DNA of 63,736 nucleotides, filler included, from Octopus bimaculoides (taxonomy: Eukaryota), in the NCBI RefSeq assembly GCF_001194135.2. It is 9 parts of 9 records of this genome, joined end to end, with 100 filler letters (N's around TTAATTAATTAA, not from the genome) between each part and the next. Parts side by side here need not be neighbours in the genome. Positions count along the whole stretch, not along the records: positions 35,482 to 44,949 come from NC_068986.1; positions 45,050 to 53,195 come from NC_068999.1; 7 more parts are not named here. One strand, 5' to 3'. This document shows positions 38,680-52,134 of this stretch, one piece after another; the first letter of the stretch is position 1, and every line of letters begins with the position of its first letter. The translations under genes were made by a program, and so were the position numbers. The notes beneath the pieces were generated by a model, which saw nothing but the letters and a program-made list of their open reading frames with translations, was not told where the DNA came from and made no database searches.

Positions 38680-39095
38680 GGTGGGTCTCCTTTACAAGTC
38701 TACCGCCCATGTCTCCGGTTTGAGAATAACTTATTACATTCCCCTTGTCACTCTCAGTTATAGACTACAGAAGGCGACACTGATGTCCTTTTTATGTCAG
38801 GCCTAAGCTATAGTAAATGACATGGAGACCTTGAAGATGTCAGCCCTAGGTTAGAGTAGCTGACACTGATGTTCTCAATATATCAGTATGTGCGTGTGTG
38901 TCAGCTCTAGACTATAGTAAAGGACAAGGACGTCCTGAATATTTCAGCCTTAGGAGATAACAGAAGACGCAGAGGAAGACGCTGAGCTACGATATGGAAG
39001 ACCTGAACATGTCAGTCCTAAGCTAGAGCAGAATACAGCTTTAAGCTTTAGAAGACACTTTCCTTGTGTATATGTTAATGGTCTTCAATCCGAGA

Positions 39096-39469
39096 GGAGG
39101 CGCAATGGCCCAGTGGTTAGGGCAGCGGACTCGCGGTCATAGGATCGCGGTTTCGATTCCCAAACTGGGCGTTGTGAGTGTTTATTGAGCGAAAACACCT
39201 AAAGCTCCCCGAGGCTCCGGCAGGGGGATGGTGGCGAACCCTGCTGTACTCTTTCACCACAACTTTCTCTCACTCTTTCTTCCTGTTTCTGTTGTGCCTG
39301 TAGTTCAAAGGGTCAGTCTTGTCACACTGTGTCACGCTGAATCTCCCCGAGAACTACGCTAAGGGTACACGTGTCTGTGGAGTGCTCAGCCACTTGCACG
39401 TTAATTTCACGAGCAGGCTGTTCCGTTGATCGGATCAACTGGAACCCTCGACGTCGTAAGACGGAGTGC
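39096..39469 (+). mobile_element. SINE family D, full length, 11-bp TSD
   Basis: A-box TGGCCCAGTGG and B-box GTTTCGATTCC; CTTCAATCCGA at 39083-39093 and 39473-39483. Confidence 0.92.
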
Positions 39470-40743
39470 TTGCTTCAATCCGAAACTAAATTGTTTGAAA
39501 ACAAACTTCTAAATAGCTCAGCCATGCCCCCGCCAATTTTTGAAAGACCTAAGAAAAAATCCTCATCAGAAATTAACAGAATAACTATTAACGATGTCTG
39601 CTTTTGAACCATTGTATTAAAATTAGATCTTCATTAGTGTTCTGATGAACCAAAATGTAATTGTTACTTTCAAATCTGAACGATAACATGTTTGAAGTGT
39701 AGTTTCAATCAATTGTTTTCTTTAAATTAAAATCGTTTAATTAAAATCCTCCATCGCTGATGCCTTCTGTTTAGAGTCTTGTACCACATTAGATGCTTTA
39801 AGGTTGTCGGTGTTAAGTAAAAATATATATATATAAAAAGACATCTACGTTGGCTATACTTTATTAATCTTTTTTCCGATAACAAGATTTATGTTTCAGC
39901 TCCTGATATGTATGAACTTCCATTTATTAAGATATAATGCAATACTAAAGACATGACCCTCTTTACATATTTATATTTGTTGAAACTTATAATGTAAACA
40001 AGGGACGGATTCAGAACAACCGTTTAATTTCAGTTACAACCATATTTTATCTAAATTGACAAGTTTCTTTAACAGGTGGACTGCTACATAATATCGTCAG
40101 CGATCAAAAGAGCTAAAATCTCTCTCCACCATGTTAAACGTTGCCTACATATTAGCAGTAGGTGACAAATTGAATTCAAATGACCTGACCAAGATGTTAA
40201 CATTTTCGTAAATGAGTTTTCTGTTGTAGGACAACAAATTTTTGCTTTCGTAAAACAGAACTGTCAACTGCATATTTTAAAACAAAAATGTATAAAAACA
40301 AAAATTATGCGATTATACGGTGTTGTCGTAGTCGCAAAAGTGAAATTACCATGTCACATTAAATTAACTTTGATTTATAAATCAAGTATCATTTTACAGG
40401 TATTGTACAATTGCATTTTCTAGTTGAAGTGAAAGAACGGTTTCACTGGTTAGATCTGTTAACTCAATTAGTTTGACTGAAGATGTAATAACATTTGTAA
40501 CTAGCTAAAAATTAATTTGAGATTAATTATAAAACGATATCAAAATCATTTAACTTAGTTGTCTTTGCTTGTATAGTTAATTGTTGCTTGTGAAGAAAAT
40601 GGTGAGTAATTAATGGAATTATTTTTTGTCAGTTTGCTATCCTAAACCTGGTTCGTTTGACACCTCTGGCAAGGTAATGCTTAATCAACTGTTTCTAAAG
40701 TCATGGTCCACTAGGCTACAAGACATTACTTGTACATGCTGTT

Positions 40744-41119
40744 GGCACTCCGTCGCTTACGACGTCGAGGGTTCCAGTTGATCCGATCAACGGAACAGCC
40801 TGCTCGTGAAATTAACGTGCAGGTGGCTGAGCACTCCACAGACACGTGTACCCTTAACGTAGTTCTCGGGGATACTCAGTGTGACACAGTGTGACAAAGC
40901 TGGCCCTTTGAAATACAAGTACAACAGAAACAGGAAGTAAGAGTGAGAGATAGTTGTGGTGGAAGAGTACAGCAGGGTTCGCCACCATCCCCTGCCGGAG
41001 CCTCGGGGAACTTTAGGTGTTTTCGCAACATAAACACTCACAGCGCCCGGTCTGGAAATCGAAACCGCGATCCTATGACCGCGAGTCCGCTGCCCTAATC
41101 ACTGGACCATTGTGCCTCC
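40744..41119 (-). mobile_element. SINE family D, full length, 11-bp TSD
   Basis: Reverse complement of 39096-39469; ACTTGTACATG at 40728-40738 and 41122-41132. Confidence 0.92.
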
Positions 41120-41224
41120 ACACTTGTACATGTAGAAAACAAAGAATAAGTATGTAGGTATGGATGGATATCTATGTGTGCGTGTATGTCTATGCAAACG
41201 TATTACACACGCGCGTGTAATACA

Positions 41225-41374
41225 ACGGACTTCTTTCTGATTTCATCTACCACATCCACTTACAAGTCTTTGGTCGGACCGGGGCTATAGCAGAAGACAC
41301 TTACCCAAGGTGTCACGCCGTAGGACTGAACACGAAATCATGTAATTGAGAAGCAAGCTTCTTACCACACAGCT
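41225..41374 (-). mobile_element. SINE family A 5' half
   Basis: Core and head match other family A copies. Confidence 0.8.
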
Positions 41375-41936
41375 ACCTATTAACAAATTACCAGTGGCTG
41401 TGTAATACTGTTGTCTTAACCACCATCGTCGTCAACTATGAAATGGATGTGTCTTTGTCTATAATGTTAGCAACCAATAGGAGTCAATCAGAACAGTTAA
41501 AAACGATTATCTAAACCGTATTGAAGCACTCTGTTCTCTGTTCCCTGTTCTCTGGGACTCGGTTACTTTCTTGTCGGCTATTCTCTCCATACCATTATCA
41601 GACGGAAAAATCATTCAATGTGTATCGAAAGAAACCTAAAACCTAACCACCACAGCCACCACCACTCGGCCATGATCTAGTCGCACAACCTACTACAAAT
41701 AACAGGTAAACTCTTCTCATTAAAGAAACGACTTAATATTTGGAAAGAAAAATTTGGGGTGGCATATTGGATAATGTAATCCGAGGAATACTAGGATTGG
41801 AAATAAAAAGTGATGGTCATGACGGGAACATAGGTATGGTTTACTATATGAAGTGCAAGAATTCAAAATGTTAGATTCTTTACTTCATACGTACAATAAA
41901 ACTTCCTGAACACTCTCCCCTCCTTCCTTCTCTTAC

Positions 41937-41983
<47 letters not shown>

Positions 41984-42057
41984 TAATTCCGACGCAGACC
42001 ATCACCACTTTCCTAGGATTCCGGAATTTACTCAAACAAAGCTGACCTGGACTTCAT

Positions 42058-42137
42058 CATTATCATCATCATCAGCATCATCATCATCAGCATCATCAGC
42101 ATCAGCATCATCACCATCAGCATCATCATCATCATCA
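42058..42137. repeat. Compound (CAT)n/(CAG)n trinucleotide repeat
   Basis: Directly visible. Confidence 0.9.
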
Positions 42138-42608
42138 ACAGTAACAACAACAGCGAATTTGTATGAACGTTCGAATTTGACTCTGGACAGTTGTTGCCAG
42201 ATTTGATGTCTACAAACAGCATATTTTTTTCTCTTCAGTTAATTACATTTTATTCTAATGAATATTTTCATTTTTTACTCTTTCATTTTTGTCTTGCATT
42301 TCTATAGAATCATATCCTTAATAGATTCCTGGTTTCACGGAGACATCAATGTAATGAAGTAATTTGCTTAAACACATTTTCTTTTTTACAATGGCAATGG
42401 CATTAGCAATTAGCAAATGAACTGGGCCTCTCTTATTAATATTCTATTAAAGTAAGAGTTTTGCAACGACAGCCTCTCAGCCTCTCTTTTCCTTTCCCCC
42501 TCTCTCACAACTTATCTATCAACATATATGCGTATCTATATATTTATATGTGTGTGTGCGTGAGTATCTGTGTGTACGTGTTTGTGTGTATGTGTGTGCG
42601 TATGTATG

Positions 42609-42650
<42 letters not shown>

Positions 42651-43009
42651 GGGACATATGTATGTATTATGTATGTATGTATATGCATATATATATATGT
42701 ACAATATGTATATATGTATGTGCGTATATATATGCGTATGTAAATGTGTGTGTGTGAGAGAGAGAGAGTATCTGTGTGTACGTGTGTGTATGTGTGTATG
42801 CGTGTGTATGTGCATGTATGTATATATATATATANNNNNNNNNNGTGTGAGAGAGAGAGAGTATCTGTGTGTACGTGTGTGTATGTGTGTATGCGTGTGT
42901 ATGTGCATGTATGTATATATATATATATATGAACAATATGTACATATGTATGTGTGTATATATATGTATATATATATATATATGTGTGTGTGTGTATATA
43001 TATATAAAT

Positions 43010-43050
<41 letters not shown>

Positions 43051-43091
43051 GAGTGAGAGATACATGTACGGATGTGTGTATGTGCTCGCGC

Positions 43092-43127
<36 letters not shown>

Positions 43128-44514
43128 CTATGTATATCAGTCTCTCTTTCAAGCAATCCTCTATCATCGTAATCTATTCACGCAGTTTTGTTCTTCCCCG
43201 TCCCTTTTCTATATCCATTGTTCAGAAACCATACCCGTTAATGAAATCCCTGATCGCAATTAATCACCAATTAGTCTCTAAACTGTACATCTGCACGACT
43301 CCGATAAGCTGCTATTAAGATAATTAGTGAGCTTATGCTCATTTGTAATACAACGTGAACGGTTATACAAGTTTCGTTTCGTATCAAGTAAATCCTATAC
43401 TTTGAGACAACCTGTAGAAACACGCAACTAAACAACTACCGTGCAACCTCAGAATATATTTCTTCTCCCCTTTTTTTTCCCTCTTCTCTTCTCTTATTCT
43501 TATTCTTTAAAATATCCTCTGTACATTATCCATTGTTCTCCATTCTTTAAAATCATTTCTATATTATTCAACCTTCTTTTTTGTAAAGTTTCTCTACATT
43601 ATAGCTTCAATTTTCTATCGAATATTTTCCATGCTGGTCATCAATTCTTTCTTAATTCTTCGATGTAGTTTTCAGGTTTTTTTAAAAACTTTTTATGCAA
43701 TATTCGATGTTGTTCTTGTTCATACGGATGCGATATTTTCCTTGTTGTGATAGCTGGTGCAATATTTTTATCGTTCTTGTTTTTCCTGCAGATGCAATTT
43801 GTTTTATTTGTCGTTCTTACTTTTTATACAGTTTTTGTAGTTATTTTCCTTTGCATCAATAACCCCGGTATATATTATGTCTCCTCCAGTATTTCCTTTT
43901 TCAAATATGTCACGTAACACTAGTGGTATTCTTATTATTATTGTTCCTATTACACCATCTCCAAAATGTCCCTATGTATTAGCATGTCTCAGAACGTGAT
44001 CACATTTTTTAGTACATGTTTATACCTTCTCTTTTCTGTTGATACTTCATATCATACTACTTGCATAATTTCTGGTGTATGTAAACTACAACTCTACGAG
44101 GTCTGTATGTTTATTCGTTTTTGATCAAAAGCAGGCAACCAGGAAAAAAATGATTAATCCTTCTACAGATTCTGCAGTTACTTATTGTATTCCGCTTCAT
44201 TATATGTTTTTCGTAGCTTCTGATAGGAGGATACGAACATCAATATAACCAGGTTAAACAAAATAACCACAACCATGGTAGCTGATTACTCTAAGATCTA
44301 CTCTTACGGGAATATGAAAAGCGAAGTAAACAACATGGAAACTAATCGCAGAGAAAGATATATAAAGCAAAAGAACTCCCAATCCTTAATGAAATCAACA
44401 ACGGAACAACATAACTAAGAGGAGAATAAAAAGAGGAGAGACAAATACATCAGAAACAGGAAACAGCGGAAAGGTATTCGAACTAGAAGACCGACTAAGA
44501 TCCTCGAAGCTCTT

Positions 44515-44640
44515 TTGCAACCACCAGGTTCTAGGTTCAGTTTCACTGCGTGGCACCTTGGGCAAGTGTTTTTTACTATAATCGCGAGCTAACAAATGCC
44601 TTGTGATGGAATTTGGCTGGCAGAAACAGAGAATCCCATC
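44515..44640 (+). mobile_element. SINE family A head/core, degraded
   Basis: GGTTCAGTTTCACTGCGTGGCACCTTGGGCAAGTG. Confidence 0.7.
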
Positions 44641-44668
44641 ACACACACACACATACACACACGTATAC

Positions 44669-44699
<31 letters not shown>

Positions 44700-45050
44700 T
44701 GTGGGAGTAACGCCGGAGTTTTAATGGTGGCAGCTGATGAAGGGGATGTTTCTATGTGGCCTACTTGTTTGTTGCACCTTGTTTACCATTTTGTCCTTGT
44801 TCTTTTGCCACGTCATGTACCCAGTTATGTATCTATATGTACATGTAGATGAACGTATATACATACATGTACATATATATGCATATACTCATATATTGTT
44901 TATATATATATACATTATTTACATTATCTACATTTGACGGATATTCGTCNNNNNNNNNNNNNNNNNNNNNNNNNNNNNNNNNNNNNNNNNNNNTTAATTA
45001 ATTAANNNNNNNNNNNNNNNNNNNNNNNNNNNNNNNNNNNNNNNNNNNNC

Positions 45051-45380
45051 AGCTCTCACTAACCATTCTTCTATCCCAAGTTTCCTCATTGACCACCAGA
45101 TAAGGGATCGGATAGCTGGTCCCTCTATTGGGTCGACATACGGCAGGCTCTCTTTCTCCCATTCATTCTCTTTATTAAGCAATCTATCGTAGTGGCATCT
45201 CCAGACCTCTTTCTTTGCATCCTCATTTAATGCAAGCGTACCATCATCCATGCGAACACATTTCTCTCCTACAACATCACTATTCTCTCTCCTACACTGT
45301 CTTGCAACACGAAATACCTCGAGTCTTTGGTCCTCACGGCGCAGAACATTGGCAAATCTTTCCTTATCTGCTTCCTTTCC
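45051..45380 (-). mobile_element. RTE LINE ORF2 fragment with in-frame internal deletion
   Basis: GKEADKERFANVLRREDQRLEVFRVARQC...MDDGTLALNEDAKKEVWRCHYDRLLNKEN...GPAIR|SLIWWSMRKLGIEEWLVRA. Confidence 0.8.
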
Positions 45381-46054
45381 TTATATATATATATATAATG
45401 AATTTATAATAAAGGGGAAGAGAGATTTCTATCTAGTTTTATTCACCAGTTAATTACTTCTTTTCATTTCTGCACCTACATATGCTTCTGCAGTAATTAG
45501 TGCACACTGCAAATTTTCCATCTTTATGTGTATTTATTGTTAAGTACCACGTCTTCAGGGTGGCGTCAACTGCATTGTTCAGATAGAATCTAAAGTAAAT
45601 ACAAGTCCAGCTGAAATTTATCATACATGTGGTATTGTCATTGTTCCAAAAATAGCCTACATCCTAACCTTTTCAACTCTGCTGGTTAAAAAAAATTGAC
45701 TAGCTGTGTATGGAATTTTAGCAGTCTGCAGACATATACCATTCTTAAATGGTGAGTGGTATAGTATTAATGTTTAGTATCAGGTTAACTTAAGTATGTT
45801 TATTACTGTTATTATCATCCTTCCCCCTAGTATTGCTACTTCTATTACTCTCATTATTATTAATATTTTTAATAATGAGTAATAAATTTAATATTTAATT
45901 TGCTAATTTTATAATTAAATTAAATTTATTTAAATTTAAGGATATCATTAATTTTATTCCCAAATTGTTCTGTAATCTTTAGAATAAGGTTAATTTATGT
46001 AGAAGTTTATATTTAATCACCTTCTCAATTTGCTATTTTTCTTTTATTTTTTTT

Positions 46055-46230
46055 ATTTATTTCAGTCATTTGACTGCAGCCATGCTGGAGCACAACCTCT
46101 AGTCAAACAAATCAACCCCAGGACTTATTCTTTGTAAGTCTAGTACTCATTCTATCGGTGTCTTTTGCTGAACTGTTAACATCGGTTATCAAGTGATGGT
46201 GGGGAGACACACATATACAAACATGTACAT
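46055..46230 (-). mobile_element. SINE family A 3' half
   Basis: TTTCAGTCATTTGACTGCAGCCATGCTGGAGCAC... Confidence 0.85.
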
Positions 46231-47017
46231 ATATATATATATATATACACATATACNNNNNNNNNNNNNNNNNNNNNNNNNNNNNNNNNNNNNNNNNNNN
46301 NNNNNNNNNNNNNNNNNNNNNNNNNNNNNNNNNNNNNNNNNNNNNNNNNNNNNNNNNNNNNNNNNNNNNNNNNNNNNNNNNNNNNNNNNNNNNNNNNNNN
46401 NNNNNNNNNNNNNNNNNNNNNNNNNNNNNNNNNNNNNNNNNNNNNNNNNNNNNNNNNNNNNNNNNNNNNNNNNNNNNNNNNNNNNNNNNNNNNNNNNNNN
46501 NNNNNNNNNNNNNNNNNNNNNNNNNNNNNNNNNNNNNNNNNNNNNNNNNNNNNNNNNNNNNNNNNNNNNNNNNNNNNNNNNNNNNNNNNNNNNNNNNNNN
46601 NNNNNNNNNNNNNNNNNNNNNNNNNNNNNNNNNNNNNNNNNNNNNNNNNNNNNNNNNNNNNNNNNNNNNNNNNNNNNNNNNNNNNNNNNNNNNNNNNNNN
46701 NNNNNNNNNNNNNNNNNNNNNNNNNNNNNNNNNNNNNNNNNNNNNNNNNNNNNNNNNNNNNNNNNNNNNNNNNNNNNNNNNNNNNNNNNNNNNNNNNNNN
46801 NNNNNNNNNNNNNNNNNNNNNNNNNNNNNNNNNNNNNNNNNNNNNNNNNNNNNNNNNNNNNNNNNNNNNNNNNNNNNNNNNNNNNNNNNNNNNNNNNNNN
46901 NNNNNNNNNNNNNNNNNNNNNNNNNATATATATATATATATATATATACACATGTAGTTAATAAAAAAACATATATCAGAAAGAAGCACACTCTAAAAAA
47001 TAGAGCAGTAATTATTA

Positions 47018-47148
47018 CAACAAAATTTTATATAGAGTTACCCAAGGTTTTGCACCCACAAAACCAAAGCCTTTGTGGACAGCTTGTCAGGCTCTATTTT
47101 GGCTTTGTTGGTGTGAAACCTAGGGTAACTCTATATAAAATTTTACTG
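47018..47148. mobile_element. 131-bp MITE (pogo/Tigger-like CAGT end), TA flanks
   Basis: Perfect 22-bp IR AAAATTTTATATAGAGTTACCC (47022) / GGGTAACTCTATATAAAATTTT (to 47144), extending to ~50 bp with mismatches; right end TTTTACTG|TA. Confidence 0.8.
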
Positions 47149-47151
47149 TAA

Positions 47152-50100
47152 TCATGGAGGTTGTCTACTCCTTATGCAGAGTTTGACCATCTCCTGTACC
47201 TACACATTAAAACCATCATAGCATCTGATGTGGCTTTTTAAACCAGACAATGTTCTGAAAAGACACCCACATAGACTGCCCATCCAATTTCGACTATCAA
47301 GAGCTGCTGATAAATTCTTATCTTTGTGGATCTTAAAATGTGTTTTGAGGCCTCCGTTAGATTTGCAAACCTTCTGGCATACACTGCATTCAAAGGTGTG
47401 CACAGATATATAGGCAGAATAGTTGGTGGAGGTTCATTTTCCATGGATTCGCAGAAGAGATTTGAGCCCAGCAAAAGACAGGCATGGTCTGTCACAAACT
47501 GTACACAAAAAGGTCATTGTCATTCACCTTCTCAATTGTTACATTCTTCCTTAGATTTCTTTTGAGTCTTACACGTGTTATCCTGGCCTCTTCAAATGCT
47601 TTCACTCNNNNNNNNNNNNNNNNNNNNNNNNNNNNNNNNNNNNNNNNNNNNNNNNNNNNNNNNNNNNNNNNNNNNNNNNNNNNNNNNNNNNNNNNNNNNN
47701 NNNNNNNNNNNNNNNNNNNNNNNNNNNNNNNNNNNNNNNNNNNNNNNNNNNNNNNNNNNNNNNNNNNNNNNNNNNNNNNNNNNNNNNNNNNNNNNNNNNN
47801 NNNNNNNNNNNNNNNNNNNNNNNNNNNNNNNNNNNNNNNNNNNNNNNNNNNNNNNNNNNNNNNNNNNNNNTCTAACAGTTTAAAATACCTTTCATAACAA
47901 GTCCATGTTTCACAAGAATACAACAGGGATGGTAAGACAAATGATTTGTAAAGAGCCAGCTTTGTATTCTTATTTATATGTCGCTGGCACCAAACGTGTG
48001 ACACCAAGCCACCAGATGCTTTTGCTGCCCTTTGAATTCGCAGCTGTATTTCTGTATCAAGATTTCCATCATTTTGTACAGAGCTTCTAAGGTACATAAA
48101 CAAATCGACAACCTCAAGTAACTTACCCTTAACAAAAATTTTAGTGGGGTTACAAACAGCACTACACACAGGTTGATGCATTACAACTGTTTTTTTTTTT
48201 TTTTAAGTTGATGGTCAAGCCAAAATCATCACAAGCTGAGTCAAATGCAGATACAAGAGATTGCAGACCTGTTTCAGAATGATTGACAAAATCATAATCG
48301 TCAGCATACAAAAGTTCCCTAATAAGTGAAGTAAAAACCTCTGTTTTGAATTTCAGTCTGGTCAGATTGAAAACATTCCCTGTTCAATATTTTATGTAAA
48401 TACCTTACTCAGAGTTTTGAAAAGCATGTGACAACACAACAGCAAAGTATATTGCAAAGAGGATGGGTACATTAAAGTCTTCTTGCTTTACTCTATTTTC
48501 CACAGCAATAGATTCAGAGAGCCTACCATCAAAGTTAATTCTAGCTTTCATATCTTAGTGCAAACCCTTGATAATATTTACAAATTTTTCTGGGCAACCT
48601 ATTTTCCTTAGAATTAGTCACAGAGAATTTTGATTAACAGTATCGAATGCTTTACTCAAATCAACAAAGCAATGGTATATAGCAAGACTCTGTTCAATGC
48701 ACATTTCTTGTAATTGTCTGATAGTAAAGATACAATCAGCTGTGCACCTGGAGGAACGAAAACCACACTGAGACTCAGATACTATATTTGAAACTATGAA
48801 GGCATTTACGTGTTCTAACAAAATGCAGACAAGTACCTTTCCAACCACAGACAAAAGCAAAATCCCACGAAAATTACCACACAGATCGTTTGGCCCCGAT
48901 TTATTGTTATTCAGCTTATTCACAGCTAAATAAATACAGTTGGTTCAAATGCCATCTCTTCTATAAATGGAAGGTGTTCAGTATTTTTCTATCGTCCTCA
49001 TGTCAGCAGATGACGATCAATTCAAAAGTGCAGAAAAAGTTTCTATGAATAGAAGCGGTGTCAGTCAGAAGAAAACATCCATTTGCTGTTCTCACTGGAG
49101 CTACTGAAGAATAATTTGGGCCATATACCTCCTTAACGTAAGAGTACAAACCCTTGGCATCACTTCTATCAGCTGCTTCTTGTGCCCCTTTTGCTCTATT
49201 ATTCCACCATTCCTGTTTAATTTTCCTTAGAGCAGTCAGCATTTTCCTTTTCAGCTTTCTATAAGTTTCGTTTGAGTTGGGGTTCAAGTACTGAGAAAGA
49301 AGTGTATTGCCTAAGTTTTGCTTTTCTAAAAGTAGATCATGAATTTCTGCTGATCTGTCTGAGAACCAGTCACTGGACTTATGTGATTTAAATCCCACTG
49401 ACGAACTTGCAGCCTGAAATACTTTTGCTTTGAAATCTTCCCATAGATTGTTTGAGTCAAGATTGATACTTTCTATAACATCATGGAATCTTTGCAATTT
49501 GCTTGATAATCTAAAGTTCACAACATTTAACTTGTTGAGTACCTTAGGACCAGACTGTCAATTTTTAAGCATTATTGAAAAATCTATTTTTCCTTGCACT
49601 AGCTCTCTGCTCTTCTCGTGGCCCAAACACTAGAAATGTCTTTCATATCATGTTTTCTGATCAGAATATAATGAGATGCCAGGTGGTTTTATATTTATTT
49701 TTCTGCTTAAACAGAATGTTGGTGACAACCAGATTATTCTCAGTACAAAACTCCAAAAGAGCTACTCCATTTTAATCACATTTTCCAATCCTATGTCGAC
49801 CTAAAACAGGCCATGAAATGTAGTCCTTCCTAACTCTTGCATTGAAATCTCCCAATATGACCAGCTTGTCAGAAAATGATAATTTCCTCAATAATTGTGC
49901 TAGATCATCATAAAACTGTCCTACAGTTTCATCAGAATGGGACATTGTTGGTGCAGAAATACTGACAATGGTAAGAAATCTAGCTTTTGTCAGTTTAATA
50001 CAGCATGACATGATCCATTCAGATATATCTGCAATGGAGGATACTAATGTATTCTTGAGAGCAAACCCAACATCAGAGTCTCTATGCTGACCTTTAGGTA

Positions 50101-50700
50101 GGCCTCTCCAAAAGATAGTATACCCATAAGTAAGTTCATTTACTTGACCTTCACCAGAGACACGAGTTTCAGTGAGTGCATCTATATCAAGGGAATATTT
50201 CTTAAGCTCACATGCAATATGTGCAGTACACCTTTCTTACCTCTTGTTGAAATTATCATCAAGAAATGTGCGCACATTCCAACAGCCAAAATTCAAAGGA
50301 TGTTTATTTTTACTTTTTCTTGAAGATTGTTTGACCACAGTGGGAGGATGATAACCAGGCCCAGCTTGTGATACAATGGGACACCTGCCAAACCAGACCT
50401 GTTCTCCTGATGTTCCCAACCCTTTTATGCCATTTACTGAATCTGTTTGAGGCATTTTAGAGTAAGTTACAAGTGCATTTTTAGGTTTCTACCAACCAAC
50501 CAACCAATTCAATGATTTTGCTAAGATTTGGTGTACAGGAAATACCTGTGCAGATGAATAATTTTCAGTGGGTGTAGATTGCACTGCACTACCTCCACCT
50601 ATTCACCAGTGTGACATAAAAATTGACAAAACCAGGAACTTTCAAGGCTTCAGGTTTTATTTCAGAGATTTCCTTCTCCTAGGAAGATTACCAAGCAAGG
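47152..50700 (-). mobile_element. Near-full-length decayed RTE-clade LINE (APE endonuclease, RT, C-terminal C2H2-like fingers)
   Basis: GCWNVRT, GDFNAR, NFRGILLLSVVGK, QCGFR, FVDLSKAFDTV, RELLYADD (~48300) and CSVCQKVCKSNGGLKTHFKIH. Many stops and deletions. Confidence 0.92.
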
Positions 50701-50761
50701 TTAAAGAGCTTCTACCAGCCCATGAGGTAAGCTAGCCCATTCCAGACACCAATATTTTGTA

Positions 50762-50792
<31 letters not shown>

Positions 50793-50793
<1 letters not shown>

Positions 50794-50956
50794 CGACAGG
50801 CTTCTTTCAGTTTCCATCTACCAGATCCACTCACAAAGCTTTCGTCAGCCTGAGGCTATAGTAAAAGACACTTGCCCAAGGTTCTACACAGCGGGAGTGA
50901 ACCCGAAACCATATGGCTGGGAAGCAAGCTTTTTACCACACAACCACGCCTGTGCC
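50793..50956 (-). mobile_element. SINE family A 5' half
   Basis: Core and head next to (TA)n. Confidence 0.85.
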
Positions 50957-51009
50957 CTTGATTTCGATTCTGATTTTAATATTATATATTGTGCAATTAC
51001 TCAAATCTA

Positions 51010-52093
51010 TGAAATGTATGTTTTGTTTGATGAATACAGTGTAATGTGTTCTCGCATCTATGGTTTATTGATTTGAATTTTTCTGTAAGTATTTGGTAAA
51101 TTTCTTCCATACACAATTCACACCATTTGCTTCCTCTACTTTACAGTTTGGCTCTACTAACTACTTTCTGGGTAATTTTGAATTTTCATCTTTTAAGGAC
51201 TAAATTAGTTTACTTAAACTAGTGTTATTCCTCTTTTTGTGATCTCTAAATGAGTTATTGTGATTGGCAATTTTTCTTTTTATATATGTTTCACAAGCAC
51301 CAATATAATACACCTGACCTTCTGAGATTACTTCGCACTTGTACATTGTTTCTTTAATTTTGCAGCTAGATTCAAGGGGACATAATCTTTTTATTATGCA
51401 ACACATTTTTTTTTTGTCTATAATTCTAGTTTTCATATCTTGTTTTCCTTCCAGATTATTTTTGTTGTTCTTTCTGCTTCTTTTATCTTCTAATTTACAT
51501 TCCCTTTCTTGATTTTCAGTTTTAAGTATCACTTTCCAGTACATTATTTGGGTTATTATTTACAACATTTCTATGATTATTACTCATTTCGCTGTTTCTG
51601 TGCCTTAGGTAACTATTTTCATTGTGGATACTTGCTTTTACTATGCTGCTCTTTTCTAACATTTTCTGTTTCTCTGTTCATATGCTTAGTTGGTGTTTAC
51701 AGCAGTTATTTCCCTTGGTTCATTTTCCTTTTTATCTTTATTTACGTTAACACCTCTTGTTTCATTGCTATTAGGTAATATATTTATGTTATAGTTAATC
51801 TACTTTTCGTAGAAATAATTTAATCTTTTCATATTTTGTGCTGCTATAATTTGTGCCATCTTTTACTTCGAAAGAGCTATTCTTACTGAATGCAAATAAA
51901 ATGATTTTGGAATATTCATGCTAATCTGTTTACCAAATGGGATAATAAACCATTCAGTATTATTATTAGGCCTATTTTTATCGTAATTATCGTTATTTAT
52001 ACTGGGGATGTTCTTATATGTTTTGTTTGTATATTTATTCTATTTTATCTTATATTTACCATTTGTTATATTATTTTTTTATTATTATTATCA

Positions 52094-52134
<41 letters not shown>

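Noticed and set aside
39096-39175. tRNA gene-like sequences (also other SINE heads)
   Set aside because: They are A/B-box heads of multicopy SINEs with TSDs and lack a complete cloverleaf.
40577-40673. Two plus-strand micro-exons (LIVACEEN / VCYPKPGSFDTSGK)
   Set aside because: The implied intron is only 31 bp, and there is no other support.
42751-42929. ~85-bp exact direct duplication around a 9-N gap
   Set aside because: Typical unmerged contig overlap.
43600-44290. Possible additional Penelope remnant (minus strand)
   Set aside because: Motif matches were too weak to support a call.
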